From a virus (taxonomy: Duplodnaviria > Caudoviricetes), in IMG/VR virus record IMGVR_UViG_3300037067_011504, positions 1 to 64,000 of that record: a stretch of 64,000 nucleotides of DNA; one strand, given 5' to 3'. The notes beneath the pieces are model-generated. The model did not search any database, was not told the DNA's origin, and saw nothing but the letters and a program-made list of their open reading frames with translations. Below, in pieces: positions 50,219-60,728 of this stretch (its first letter is position 1; the number at the start of each line of letters is the position of its first letter). The translations under genes and the position numbers were made by a program.

Positions 50219-51995
50219 TTATTTCTTTAAATATGTTGTATCCAAGATCTGATATAAATCTGAATATTGAATTAGTATCGATATTGCTATCATCTCTGTT
50301 CTTTATCGATTCAACAATAAACAGATTATCTATATAATTTCTTAGATTCTTATTATTACCATACAAATAAATACTTCTATCAGATTTATCAGATGGTAGA
50401 TAGTTTTCGTTAAACATCTTCTTTACTATGAAGATGAAGATAGATTTTTTTCTATCTGCTTGAGATATATACTTTTCATCCTTTCCTTTTAATCGACTAT
50501 CTACATAGTGAGAATATTCAGTATATTTCTGTATTATACTCGAGAATGTTATTATTTCTCCATTAGCATATTTAGATTCATTATTTAATAATGTTCGTAG
50601 TTTTACAAATGTCTCTGTTCGTAGATCAGTTATTGCTTCTGTTTCTTTACATCTTTGACTGTTTATACTCCATAAATGCTTATCAAAATTAGTTTCTGTA
50701 AACTCAATATCTTTTGTTTTAATGAATGTTAATGGTATTCTTTTTTCTTCTCTTATCAGATCAGGATACTTATTTATAAGATTAACGAATAGTGCCTGTT
50801 GAACATAATCAAGTATCCTGGTTGATCCTTTAAGATATTCCTTACGTGGTCTATAACCATCATCTATATTAGCCTTACGTGATATCTCCTTAGTAAAATG
50901 ATGAATAAGTATCACTGATGATCCTGTTACATTAGCTATCATCTTAATCTTACTGGCTATATGATCATCTCTTTCTAGTCCGGTTAACTTACAATCTATT
51001 AATCCGAGATTATCTATTATAATAACTCTTTTATGAGTTTTATATTTATCACTAAATTGTCTTGACCTGGTTACTATATTACCTATTGATGTTAACTTAT
51101 CATAGAATTCTATTATATAATCCTGATATTTAACTGATGCTATCTCTATCTTTTCTATGTCTTCATCTGTTATATTATAATTTATTGATTGCAGTTCTTT
51201 TGTTGTCATCTTCATATCACTTGCAAGGAATCCTCTTATAATCTCTTCTCTATCTTCTTCAAATGAAAACCATTGAACAGCAAGATTAGGTTCGTTAGCA
51301 AGCATACCACGAATGATCGATAATGTAAATTTGCTTTTTCCTGATCCCTCAGAACCTGCTATGATACATACATATCCTGTACGAAATGTAAATAATTTAT
51401 CTATTCTTATATATCCTGTCTTTATTACTCTGTCATTATCTCCTTTGGATGATTTTATTATCTTATTTATTGTAGCTGTTAGTGTATGCTTAAAATTATC
51501 ATGTACACTGCCATCGAATTCAATAAGATCAATTATAAAGTTTTGAATATGACTTATTATATCCATAGGATCTATCAATGATTCAAAAGATTTTGAATTT
51601 ACTTCAGATGATAATCTTATCAATTCTCTGAAGAAATACTTATCCATTATGATCTTAACATGAGATTCGATATTAGCTAGTTCCATCCCTGACAACTTAG
51701 TAAGATATATTGCACCGTCTATATCTTCTAATATATTATGATTACGCATATATTCAGTCAATATGACTAAATCCGGATGTTTATCATTAACATATAGATC
51801 TAATATAGATTTATATATTTTTTGATGAATATCTTTATAGAATACTTCAGGTTTAAGAAATGGGAATTTACCAATAAGATTATATTGATTGATTATCGTA
51901 CCTATTACATGCATCTCGATATCGGTAGCTTGTGGCGGTATTTTACCAAAATCAAGAGACATGATAGGATTATTCGTTTTTTTAATATTAGTCAT
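50190..51995 (-). CDS. dnaB: DnaB-like replicative helicase with a large C-terminal insert
   Basis: N-domain GKIPPQA...FY---HQ-IY; Walker A GSEGSGKS; FSFEE; IIIDNL; LKGS; KNRD arginine finger. Confidence 0.9.
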   Translation of the reverse strand: MTNIKKTNNPIMSLDFGKIPPQATDIEMHVIGTIINQYNLIGKFPFLKPEVFYKDIHQKIYKSILDLYVNDKHPDLVILTEYMRNHNILEDIDGAIYLTKLSGMELANIESHVKIIMDKYFFRELIRLSSEVNSKSFESLIDPMDIISHIQNFIIDLIEFDGSVHDNFKHTLTATINKIIKSSKGDNDRVIKTGYIRIDKLFTFRTGYVCIIAGSEGSGKSKFTLSIIRGMLANEPNLAVQWFSFEEDREEIIRGFLASDMKMTTKELQSINYNITDEDIEKIEIASVKYQDYIIEFYDKLTSIGNIVTRSRQFSDKYKTHKRVIIIDNLGLIDCKLTGLERDDHIASKIKMIANVTGSSVILIHHFTKEISRKANIDDGYRPRKEYLKGSTRILDYVQQALFVNLINKYPDLIREEKRIPLTFIKTKDIEFTETNFDKHLWSINSQRCKETEAITDLRTETFVKLRTLLNNESKYANGEIITFSSIIQKYTEYSHYVDSRLKGKDEKYISQADRKKSIFIFIVKKMFNENYLPSDKSDRSIYLYGNNKNLRNYIDNLFIVESIKNRDDSNIDTNSIFRFISDLGYNIFKEINDDGDFDNS

Positions 51996-52009
51996 TATAT
52001 TATTTCATT

Positions 52010-52510
52010 TTATGATAATTGATTTTGTTTTTTAAAGTCCTGATATTTTAATTTCATTTCAAATACTAAAGAAATCCATTCTTTATATTTCCATTCAGGA
52101 TGTTTCTCTCTTTGTAATGCAGTACTTTGATCTACAAATTGATGAAATAATGGAGCTACTACTCTGATGTTTTCAGGATTTAATTTCCAATAAGTATATC
52201 GTCCTTTTGGTAATACATGAGCAAAACATGAATACCACATATTTGTTTCTTTTAAATCAGTTATATCAATTCCTGTGAATTGACAAATAACTCTTCCTTT
52301 TTCATTTTTTGCTTTTTCCCAACACCAGTTAAAAAGATCTATTTGATTTTCAAAACCAAATGAAAAATCTTGTATAGATTTTTTTTGACTTTTATAAGAT
52401 ATTTTTTTATTTACTTTTTTATCTGTACGGAGATATTGATGATTACAACAAAACCCATTAGAAAATACATTTTGATAACATCCCTCTTTTTTACATTGTT
52501 TCATACGCAA
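52010..52510 (-). CDS. HNH-like nuclease with Zn finger (NinG-like)
   Basis: CxxxGC...C-NH, CQFTG, FAHVLPK...NI...H. Confidence 0.65.
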   Translation of the reverse strand: MRMKQCKKEGCYQNVFSNGFCCNHQYLRTDKKVNKKISYKSQKKSIQDFSFGFENQIDLFNWCWEKAKNEKGRVICQFTGIDITDLKETNMWYSCFAHVLPKGRYTYWKLNPENIRVVAPLFHQFVDQSTALQREKHPEWKYKEWISLVFEMKLKYQDFKKQNQLS

Positions 52511-52535
52511 TCAGATTGGTTAATACTTATGTTGC

Positions 52536-53303
52536 TTAGTCTGCTTGAAAACCTCCACAAAGTTCACATACACCTTGTATGAATACAGGATGATCACATC
52601 TGCAAAAACTATTATTATAGGCTTCATCTTTACTTTCTTCTTTTTCTTTCCTGCACTCATTAACGTAATCTTCCATAGCATCTATTATCTCATGCTTTTT
52701 ATACGGATTCATACAGCAGGTATGTTTAAATAATATTTCCTCCGCTGTTTTCCTATTGTCGGGTAGTGGCTGAACCTTATCCCTGCCTTTTATCATGCCT
52801 TCATGCATTGCATAACAGTTCTTATATAGTTGAAGTATTTCCTCTTTGGTAAGTGCCATCCATTCTTCATCAGTCAGGTCTTGCCATTGCATAAAGTTAG
52901 TCTTATTAATTAAATCATAAGCGTCCTCACGCTCCTTCGATGTTTCAAATTTGCACTCATCAAGTTTTGCAGAGATCATTTCCCCTGTTAGCTTATCAGG
53001 TTCGGGCTTTGATTGAAATAATTTAGACGTTAAAATTAATCTTTTACATTCATTTGATAAGCCATATTGTATTTCTCTGCCACATTCAGGACAATTAAAA
53101 GGTATGCCACGTTGTATTTCCTGTTCGAGCTGTTCGAGAAGATACCACCTTATTTCTCTCATGTAAGATTTATCAGGTGGATCATGCAATAATCGCTGAT
53201 ATGAATTAAAGCCATTCCTGTTGCAAAAATAATATCCATCTTCTTTCGGCAAATCATCATTGCTCTCAATAAAGATTTGTTTATATGTCTTTCCTGTTTT
53301 CAT
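52536..53303 (-). CDS. mosaic hypothetical protein with Zn ribbons
   Basis: CPECG, KTAEEIL...AME-Y module, C-terminal CxC...CxxC. Confidence 0.6.
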   Translation of the reverse strand: MKTGKTYKQIFIESNDDLPKEDGYYFCNRNGFNSYQRLLHDPPDKSYMREIRWYLLEQLEQEIQRGIPFNCPECGREIQYGLSNECKRLILTSKLFQSKPEPDKLTGEMISAKLDECKFETSKEREDAYDLINKTNFMQWQDLTDEEWMALTKEEILQLYKNCYAMHEGMIKGRDKVQPLPDNRKTAEEILFKHTCCMNPYKKHEIIDAMEDYVNECRKEKEESKDEAYNNSFCRCDHPVFIQGVCELCGGFQAD

Positions 53304-53305
53304 AC

Positions 53306-53800
53306 TTAAATAAATTTTAACAAATCAGTATTCCCATTATAATTTTGATAGTAACCTTGCCCGTTTTTATAGGGAATTGCAGTCTCAAGTATTTTAGGAT
53401 TATTGCATATCCATGCATATCTACCCTCATCATAATTACCAAATGCTATTTCGGCTTCTGATATTTTTATATTGCTCCCTATTAATTCAAAATAACCGTT
53501 ATGGGTTTCGAAAATAGGATAACAATCAATAATATCTATAGAACCAATTATACAACCAAGCGAAAGTGAATGACTTTTTAGTACTTCTTTAAAAGGACTT
53601 TGCTTACTTATTGCATCTAATTCTGATGTCCATTTCTGAGCAGCGTGAATAAGATAAGTTCCTTTATCAACAGTCCAACTTGTAAATGATGGTCTTGTTT
53701 CTATCTTTTTGGCTCCAATAACCAATAAGGTAGCCCACGGTTGCCAAAGAGTTAAAACTTTATATCGTTTTATTGTTTCACGCGGAAAAAGTGTTTTCAT
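53306..53800 (-). CDS. ASCH domain protein
   Basis: LTLWQPWA-L---G-K-IETR, LIHAA, G-IIG, YAW, GQG. Confidence 0.9.
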   Translation of the reverse strand: MKTLFPRETIKRYKVLTLWQPWATLLVIGAKKIETRPSFTSWTVDKGTYLIHAAQKWTSELDAISKQSPFKEVLKSHSLSLGCIIGSIDIIDCYPIFETHNGYFELIGSNIKISEAEIAFGNYDEGRYAWICNNPKILETAIPYKNGQGYYQNYNGNTDLLKFI

Positions 53801-53887
53801 ATTCTTGTAATTAAGTTAGTAATTCTTTTTAATTATGATACCGCCCCTGTTAATTTGTACACAGGAGCGATAACATAACTATTAACT

Positions 53888-55735
53888 TTAAACAAGTAAT
53901 CCACAAATTAATTCAATGGATGTTGTTAATTGTCTGTTTGGCTTTTCTCCTGTCATACCATGACCTGAAGCCATAAGTTTAATAGCATAATCATAACCAA
54001 AGTTTTCGTTTACCAATCCCACAAGGTGAGGGAGTGCACAATCATATTCAACTTTTGATTCTCCACTCATTGTTTCACTTTGCTTCTGCAATGCTTCAAC
54101 TATCTTTTCAGGTTTACCGATAAATTGTACTGACCAACTCATTTTATTAATGGATTTTACAATGCCCGTCCAAGGCTTATTCTTTTGATGAAGGTTTACT
54201 TACGTCTCCGTTTTCATACAGCCTGTCAATGATAAATTCTGACATTGCAACCATATCCCGAAGTTTACTTTTTTGAATTTTACCATCATTAAAAAGTAGA
54301 GCAATTTCGACAAGTGTTTTATCATCAGGTTTTGTAAATCTTTTCGTTATCCGTTCTTCTTTCTGCTTTAATAGGTGGTATTCTTCCATAGCTTTCAAGA
54401 TAGATTTCTTAACCTTTTTTGTTTCCGTAAATGATATATTGCCGGGCTTAAGTTGGTCATTAAATGAAAAACCCATCTCATTTAATTCATTTTCAAGTAT
54501 TTCCTCTGCTGTCTTCTTATCTTTTGCTTTCATCTCTGTTTGGATTAGTTATTTACGTCTATCGTGATTTAAATATTTAAAAGAAACTTCATAATGTTCA
54601 CCAACTTTAAAGGTAGTATCCATCTTATCAAGAACTAATTTAACCTTTCCGATTGAAGGTTCTTTGGTATGATCAAAAACATTAAGTATCACTTTTGTAC
54701 TCAATGTTGATTTCTTAATTGATTCACAAATAAATTGGTTTTTCATCTTTCTTTCGTATTACTTACCGTTTAAATTAATTTTTTACACAATTCACAATGA
54801 CCATTATCGTCAGGCCATTTAATTCTGCATTTACATTTTTCCCCCTGCAAATCGGAATTGCCTCTTATCTCGTCCAGTGCTTTGTCGACATCCTTTATCT
54901 TAGATAGATTTGGCTTTGCCTTCTCAATACATTCCTGCAAGTAATTCTCGTCATAATCCTTTGCCTCAATGACATTAGTCTTTTGATTAACTTTTAAATC
55001 AATTTGTTCGAGTGAGAAAGGTAAATTACTACCATAACCAATATCAAAATCCCTGTCTTCATATCCTCGTTGGTAAGCATTCCTGACTAAATCTTCAACA
55101 TCTTTTCGTTCTAATGATAATAATTCTCTTTCTACCTCCTCTATCTGCTTTTTGAGTGCGGAGATTTCTGATTCAAGTTCTTCTAATCTATTTATATCTT
55201 TTAATACTTTTGATGGTGGATATAATAATCCGCTTACATGAACTTGTCTTTTTAAAATTTCAACCAGTTCTTCCAGTTTCCCGATCAATTGATCTCTTGC
55301 GTCTTTCATAATAAGTTACTATTTTCGAGTAATTCAGTTCTTCTTTTATCCAATGCATCTATATAGCCTTGTCTTGTCAAATGCCATGCCCATCTTTCAA
55401 AAGCCACAAAGTATATTGAATCCAAATCATCATTTGACATTTCATCAAATGGTAGATTTCCTGTTAATCGCATACAACAATCAATATATCCTAATGTTGA
55501 ATTATTACGTCTTTTAGGTGTCTTCATATCAATTTATTTTAATTAACTCGTTCCAAATCTTTTTAATCATATCAATAAAATCTTGTAAATTAGGCATTGC
55601 ACCAGTCTCCCTTATCCCATTATCATAATATTTGCAAGATTTACAGTTCCCTCCTGTATCCAGATATGGACATTGTATATTTTTATAATTGCATTTCATC
55701 TTATTTCGTTTTAAGTTCCTTACTCTCAAATTCAA
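53888..55735 (-). CDS. six small hypothetical ORFs (53888-54142, 54177-54533, 54549-54746, 54770-55309, 55306-55527, 55529-55735)
   Basis: ORF track; tightly packed. Confidence 0.55.
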
Positions 55736-55770
55736 AGTCTTTCCTGTCTACCAAATACAAGTACTCATCA

Positions 55771-56328
55771 TTATCCCGGAATAACAGATAATGAATAATT
55801 ATCAAGTAACTGTTTTCTTATATCAAGTGGAACATGATTCTTAATCCAGATCTTAATAAGATTGGATTTATTATCAATCTTAGTTATCATTATTCTATTG
55901 ATATGCTTATTAACAGAATTAAGTTCTTTTTCAAGTTTTTTTTTAATCTTATTTAGATCTGTTATTGTAGGAACACTAACTCTTTTACTATTCCAATCAT
56001 TAATAAGTTCTAATGATTTACGGAAGTTGAAAATCATTTCAATATCCTTCGTATATAATAGATTATTTACTGTTTTAATAGCATGGAGTACTGTTGCGTG
56101 ATCTCTTTCACCATGATGAGATCCAATTATTGCCAAACTATATCTACTATATTTTTTAGATAATGTCATTGATAGTTGTCTGGCTTCTACATATTCTCTT
56201 TTCCTTGACCCGGGATATCTATCAGGTAAAAGCATATATTCGATAGAAACACCTGTTGCTTCAGATACCTTACTTTGAATAACATCTATAGGAATATTCT
56301 TATATAATAATTTATCAAGCATGATCAA
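55771..56328 (-). CDS. stand-alone DnaA C-terminal (domain IV) DNA-binding protein
   Basis: SRKREYVEARQLSM-L...SL-IIG...RDHATVLHAIKTV; no AAA+ domain. Confidence 0.88.
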   Translation of the reverse strand: MIMLDKLLYKNIPIDVIQSKVSEATGVSIEYMLLPDRYPGSRKREYVEARQLSMTLSKKYSRYSLAIIGSHHGERDHATVLHAIKTVNNLLYTKDIEMIFNFRKSLELINDWNSKRVSVPTITDLNKIKKKLEKELNSVNKHINRIMITKIDNKSNLIKIWIKNHVPLDIRKQLLDNYSLSVIPG

Positions 56329-57884
56329 GCTCTTTTATATCTGTCTTTGTTAATGTGAATGTTTTAAAAAAACCTACTTCATATTTCTTTACATTATTAA
56401 CAAATACATCCATAAGACCAACGACTATTTTTTCTTTATCAACTTTAAGTCTATTTAAAGATTTTTTAAGAGCATTTATGATAAATCTTGGATCATCACT
56501 ATCAGAAGTGAAATAATAACTTCCGGATATCTCAGCATCATTTTCTAATGGTCCTATATTATAGTTTATTTTTATTTGATTCATCGTTTTAATTTTTTAT
56601 GGTTTTAATTTTATTATCTCTAATGCTTCTCCAATAGTAGATAGTTTACTATTTGTTTGTGGGAAACCTACGTATATCATTCTTCCTTCATTACGATAAT
56701 TAACAAGAGTTCTAATATTGTCTATACATGTAATAGGATGATAATTAAGATAACAGTTACCATTATCTTTTACACAACGAAGAAACATTTTATAATTTTT
56801 ATCGAATTCCTGTTTAAATGAATTAGGAATGAATAAACAATTCTTATAACCTTTGATAGATAGTTTCTCTAACAGATCTCTTTCGAAGATAATATAGAAT
56901 GGTGCTTTATCTTCCCATATTTTCAGATGACCTATACAAACATCAGTATCACCTGGAAACTGAAATACATTTATGAATTTAAGATATACTTCATCACGTA
57001 TATAGATAAAGATATCATCTTTGACCTTTATCAAAGGAGTTTGTTTTTCTAATGTTTTCATAATTTTTTAGTTTAGTTGTCATTTTTAATATTTATATCA
57101 ATAACCCATTGAGAATATATAAGAACAAGGCTATTATATTTCACGAGTCATTACTGTCATTTGTATCTGATTCATGGATGCTTATTGAATGTTTTACTAT
57201 TGCTTCATATCTTTTAAGTGCAAGTTTCTCATCTTTAAAACACCATGCAGTACTTCCGAAAGCTTCATTACCGGGATAAACTTCTCTCTTAGGATAATTA
57301 CTACCAAAATATTCTGATGGAAGTGCAACTTTAATACGAAATACTTCATATACACCATCCCAACGATAATATATTGCTTCTGTTTCCGTTCTGTCAATAA
57401 GTTTAGCTGACAGACCTGGTATACCTACTCCATAGAAACTATCATAAACTTCAGGTAATCTTACATAATCAACATCTTTTAGTTTCATAGTTATTCTTTT
57501 ATTATTGATAATACTTTATCATATTTTTTTAATACTTTGAGATGTCTGGCATGTTCATAGCAACATGCAGAGACTATTTCACGTTTAATAATATCATTCA
57601 TCCTACCTCTGATGATAAAATTCTTATATTTCAGATCATCATCGGTATAGTTGAATAATCTCTTATATATCAGTTGTATCTCATCCATTAGGTATAAGTG
57701 TTAAAAATATGCAACATAGACAAAATATACTGAATAATAGTCCAAAGAAAGCTAATATAGCAAGCTTCCATACTCTTTGCCGCAGGTAGTTATATAAGGC
57801 ACATATACAGAATAATATCAATACTAATACGAATATTGTTCCTGTAATAGTTGTTAATGTGTAAGTAAATTCATCAAATGTCAT
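56315..57884 (-). CDS. five hypothetical ORFs (56315-56584, 56597-57061, 57141-57488, 57491-57688, 57681-57884 membrane)
   Basis: ORF track. Confidence 0.55.
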
Positions 57885-58315
57885 TATAGATATCTTTTAA
57901 TTTTTTTCCAATAATTAATTGTGGATTTCTTATGTATACCTTTATTACCGCCATTCCATGATCTTGCAATATATTCTAATTGTAATGGATGATATTGTAT
58001 AGCATAGTACATAAATATCTCTTTAGATATATCAGGATCAAACATATCAGTTATTGTATATCTTATTCCTGTTTTTAGATAATAATCATCTAGTCGTGAC
58101 TGTCTTATCTGAACTATACCATAAGACTTATATCTTAGATTAAGATCTCCTATAGCATAAGGATTAAACATTGATTCTACAGAACACGTTGCATTCCATA
58201 TCTTTTCATATGGTCTTACAGGTTCTGATCTTTCAATATAAAGCACTCTGTTTATTGGACAGAATGCTTTAATAGAAAACAGTATTATAAAAATTGTTGT
58301 GATCATCTTCTTCAT
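57884..58315 (-). CDS. secreted lytic transglycosylase / lysozyme-like protein
   Basis: Signal peptide, VES catalytic Glu, YGIVQI, ARSWNGG, YW-K. Confidence 0.8.
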   Translation of the reverse strand: MKKMITTIFIILFSIKAFCPINRVLYIERSEPVRPYEKIWNATCSVESMFNPYAIGDLNLRYKSYGIVQIRQSRLDDYYLKTGIRYTITDMFDPDISKEIFMYYAIQYHPLQLEYIARSWNGGNKGIHKKSTINYWKKIKRYL

Positions 58316-58387
58316 AAACGAGTTATTCGTTAATAATAGAAATTTTCATGCAAGTTACAACAAATTATTATATTGCATTTTCAACTT

Positions 58388-59116
58388 TTATTTAGACTTT
58401 TCGTAATTATCTGCTTTTGATAACGTTGGAGCATCAGAATAATATCTTCCAAGGTTATATACTGTCTTAAGATTCTTATCTTTTATTACAAGAAGTTTAT
58501 AACGTACTTCACCTTTTTTAACCTCAATAATCTCGGTAGTGATATTAAGATTATCTTTTGCTACTTTACGATATAGCTCAGTTATCAATGCTGAATAAGC
58601 CGGGCTTATCAGCTTAAAACGATTAACAGTAAAATTATCAATCTTACTGATGATCCATACTTTGAATTGTTTAAATAGTTTTTTCATTTTTATAATTTTA
58701 AATATTATGTAATTTAGATATTCTTTGTATATATCTTTTTTTAAATTCATCTAATGTTTCATTAGATTTTAAAATGCCAATTAATGCTTTATTGGTATTT
58801 CTATAATTAGTATCATAGAATTTACTATCTCTTTTGTTTAAGGGAGTAGCTATAATATGACTTCTATTAGAAATTGTAATTATTGTTATTGAATCCAAAT
58901 GAGTTTGTAACTCACCATTTGTTATTAATTTCTTTATTTTCATTCTTATCTGTTTTTAACAAGTTTATACTGATTACCACAACTTTCATAAAAGAAAGCC
59001 TTAGCAACCTTTTCATTACGAAATTTATAATACGATTGTGGATATTCCTCTTTCATAACCTCATGAGGTTTGATACGGAACTTAAATCTTTTGATTGTCA
59101 TGACTGCTTTACTCAT
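58388..59116 (-). CDS. three hypothetical ORFs (58388-~58687, 58698-58943, and an unlisted 56-aa ORF at 58946-59116)
   Basis: ORF track plus manual translation MSKAVMTIKRFKFRIKPHE... Confidence 0.5.
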
Positions 59117-59118
59117 AA

Positions 59119-59664
59119 TTATATAGTTTTAATTGGTTTACAACATCCGGATGATCCACCGCCATCAGATCTTACAGCATAATATACATCACAATCATTA
59201 TCATTGGCATATTGTTGTGCTATATCTTCGATTCTGTTAAATAATCCAATAACCGGTTCAATATCATAATGAATGATCTTCTTATAGATACTGGTATAAT
59301 AATCTTTATGTATCCTTTCTTTAGCTATTATACCCTGAGTAATATGTTTATCTCTTATATCATGTTTGGTATCACAATATAAGGCATCGGAGTTACTATG
59401 CCATGGTCCTTTGATATTATCCACAGTACCATCTTCAAGTTCAAATCTTAATGTAGCACCACCAAATCCCTGGAATCCTTTATATCCTGGTTCATTCTCA
59501 CAATGTTCAGGAGTACAATAGATATGATCTCCGGCATTATCATCAAGTGATACATACCAGGTCTTATGTTCACCTTGTATCTTCTTATATCGTCTTATCT
59601 GAGCATCATGTTGACCAGATATCATTGGTCCATGTATTGAGAATTCTACTTTACCTTTTTTCAT
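59119..59664 (-). CDS. conserved phage hypothetical protein
   Basis: GFGG...DG...KGPWHSN motif. Confidence 0.65.
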   Translation of the reverse strand: MKKGKVEFSIHGPMISGQHDAQIRRYKKIQGEHKTWYVSLDDNAGDHIYCTPEHCENEPGYKGFQGFGGATLRFELEDGTVDNIKGPWHSNSDALYCDTKHDIRDKHITQGIIAKERIHKDYYTSIYKKIIHYDIEPVIGLFNRIEDIAQQYANDNDCDVYYAVRSDGGGSSGCCKPIKTI

Positions 59665-59807
59665 GACTCATATATATTAGAATCGACAAGCATATCATTC
59701 TTAACATCTTCAACAGATACGAATATAGTATCACAATAAGGGCAATACTCGATGTGATCACTCTCATTAAGCTTCTCACCACAATAGGAGCATATATATC
59801 TTTCCAT
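59661..59807 (-). CDS. Zn-ribbon microprotein (48 aa), not in the ORF track
   Basis: MERYICSYCGEKL...YCPYCD; ATGA overlap with the next gene. Confidence 0.7.
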   Translation of the reverse strand: MERYICSYCGEKLNESDHIEYCPYCDTIFVSVEDVKNDMLVDSNIYES

Positions 59808-59812
59808 AACTA

Positions 59813-60019
59813 TTATGCATTATAAGATTGTCTTTGTTTCTTTTGTCTTATAACAAGCTTCTTTCTATTAATATTAAGAGTATTAGAATGAAGCTTATCG
59901 CATACATAGCATCTATCAGCATCAGGACACTTAACTAATAGATTTTTCTTAAGTGGTGCATTACAATCGATACAATGTCTTGTTGTATCTACCTGACGAA
60001 AATCAAATGGTTTTTTCAT
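59813..60019 (-). CDS. Zn-finger protein (DksA/TraR C4-like)
   Basis: CIDC...P-A-RCYVC. Confidence 0.5.
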   Translation of the reverse strand: MKKPFDFRQVDTTRHCIDCNAPLKKNLLVKCPDADRCYVCDKLHSNTLNINRKKLVIRQKKQRQSYNA

Positions 60020-60084
60020 TGTTATAATGTTTTTAATAAGTTATTATATGTAAAATTAAGTAGTTAACGTGAAATATTGAATAA

Positions 60085-60720
60085 TTATAAATTAGTTTTT
60101 AACCACATTGTAAAACCAGGAGAAGTTAATGGTTCATTATATTTATTTAAAGCCCCTTGCCAAGCTCTTTCACAAAGATCAATTACTTCTTCTCTTGTCC
60201 AACTATCTTTAATTGATTTAATAGAGATAGTGTTATCTGAATTGAGTTTAAGTTGTATGCCCAAAATAGAAAAATCATTCATAGAATTAAGATTATCATA
60301 ACCCTCATACTCAACCATTACTTCTTCAATCTTATTTCCTTTGTTATATTCACTGACATATTTATCAATGAATGATTTAGGAATAGAAGGAATATTATAA
60401 TCAACATTTGGATTATAAGGATAAACACCTTTAGACGTAAGAGAAAAATCAGTTGAAGCAATAATCTTTTTAAAATCTCTATGAGTATCAAATTTCATAC
60501 TACATTGTCTTACACTATCTTCAGGTAATACTATATACCAATCACCTTCTTTGATCTCATCATCAGATAAAATATAAAGATGTTGAGGAGTTTTCATTTG
60601 AGCATGGAATATTTTTGTTCTACAGTAATGAGGAGTAGATTGTAATTCTCTATGTTTATCAATCATCAGTCTTGCTTTTTTATCAGTTGGAAGTATAACA
60701 ACTTTACATTTTTTATACAT
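60085..60720 (-). CDS. Bacteroidota-phage conserved hypothetical protein
   Basis: VVILPT, QHLYILSDDEIKEGDW, KIIASTD. Confidence 0.7.
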   Translation of the reverse strand: MYKKCKVVILPTDKKARLMIDKHRELQSTPHYCRTKIFHAQMKTPQHLYILSDDEIKEGDWYIVLPEDSVRQCSMKFDTHRDFKKIIASTDFSLTSKGVYPYNPNVDYNIPSIPKSFIDKYVSEYNKGNKIEEVMVEYEGYDNLNSMNDFSILGIQLKLNSDNTISIKSIKDSWTREEVIDLCERAWQGALNKYNEPLTSPGFTMWLKTNL

Positions 60721-60728
60721 AATTATAA

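Noticed and set aside
50330-50760. Intein in DnaB
   Set aside because: No Cys/Ser start, His-Asn end or LAGLIDADG blocks.
59037-59425. DnaA boxes (ttatccaca at 59417, near-match at 59037)
   Set aside because: Isolated, inside coding sequence, and compatible with chance in 64 kb of AT-rich DNA.
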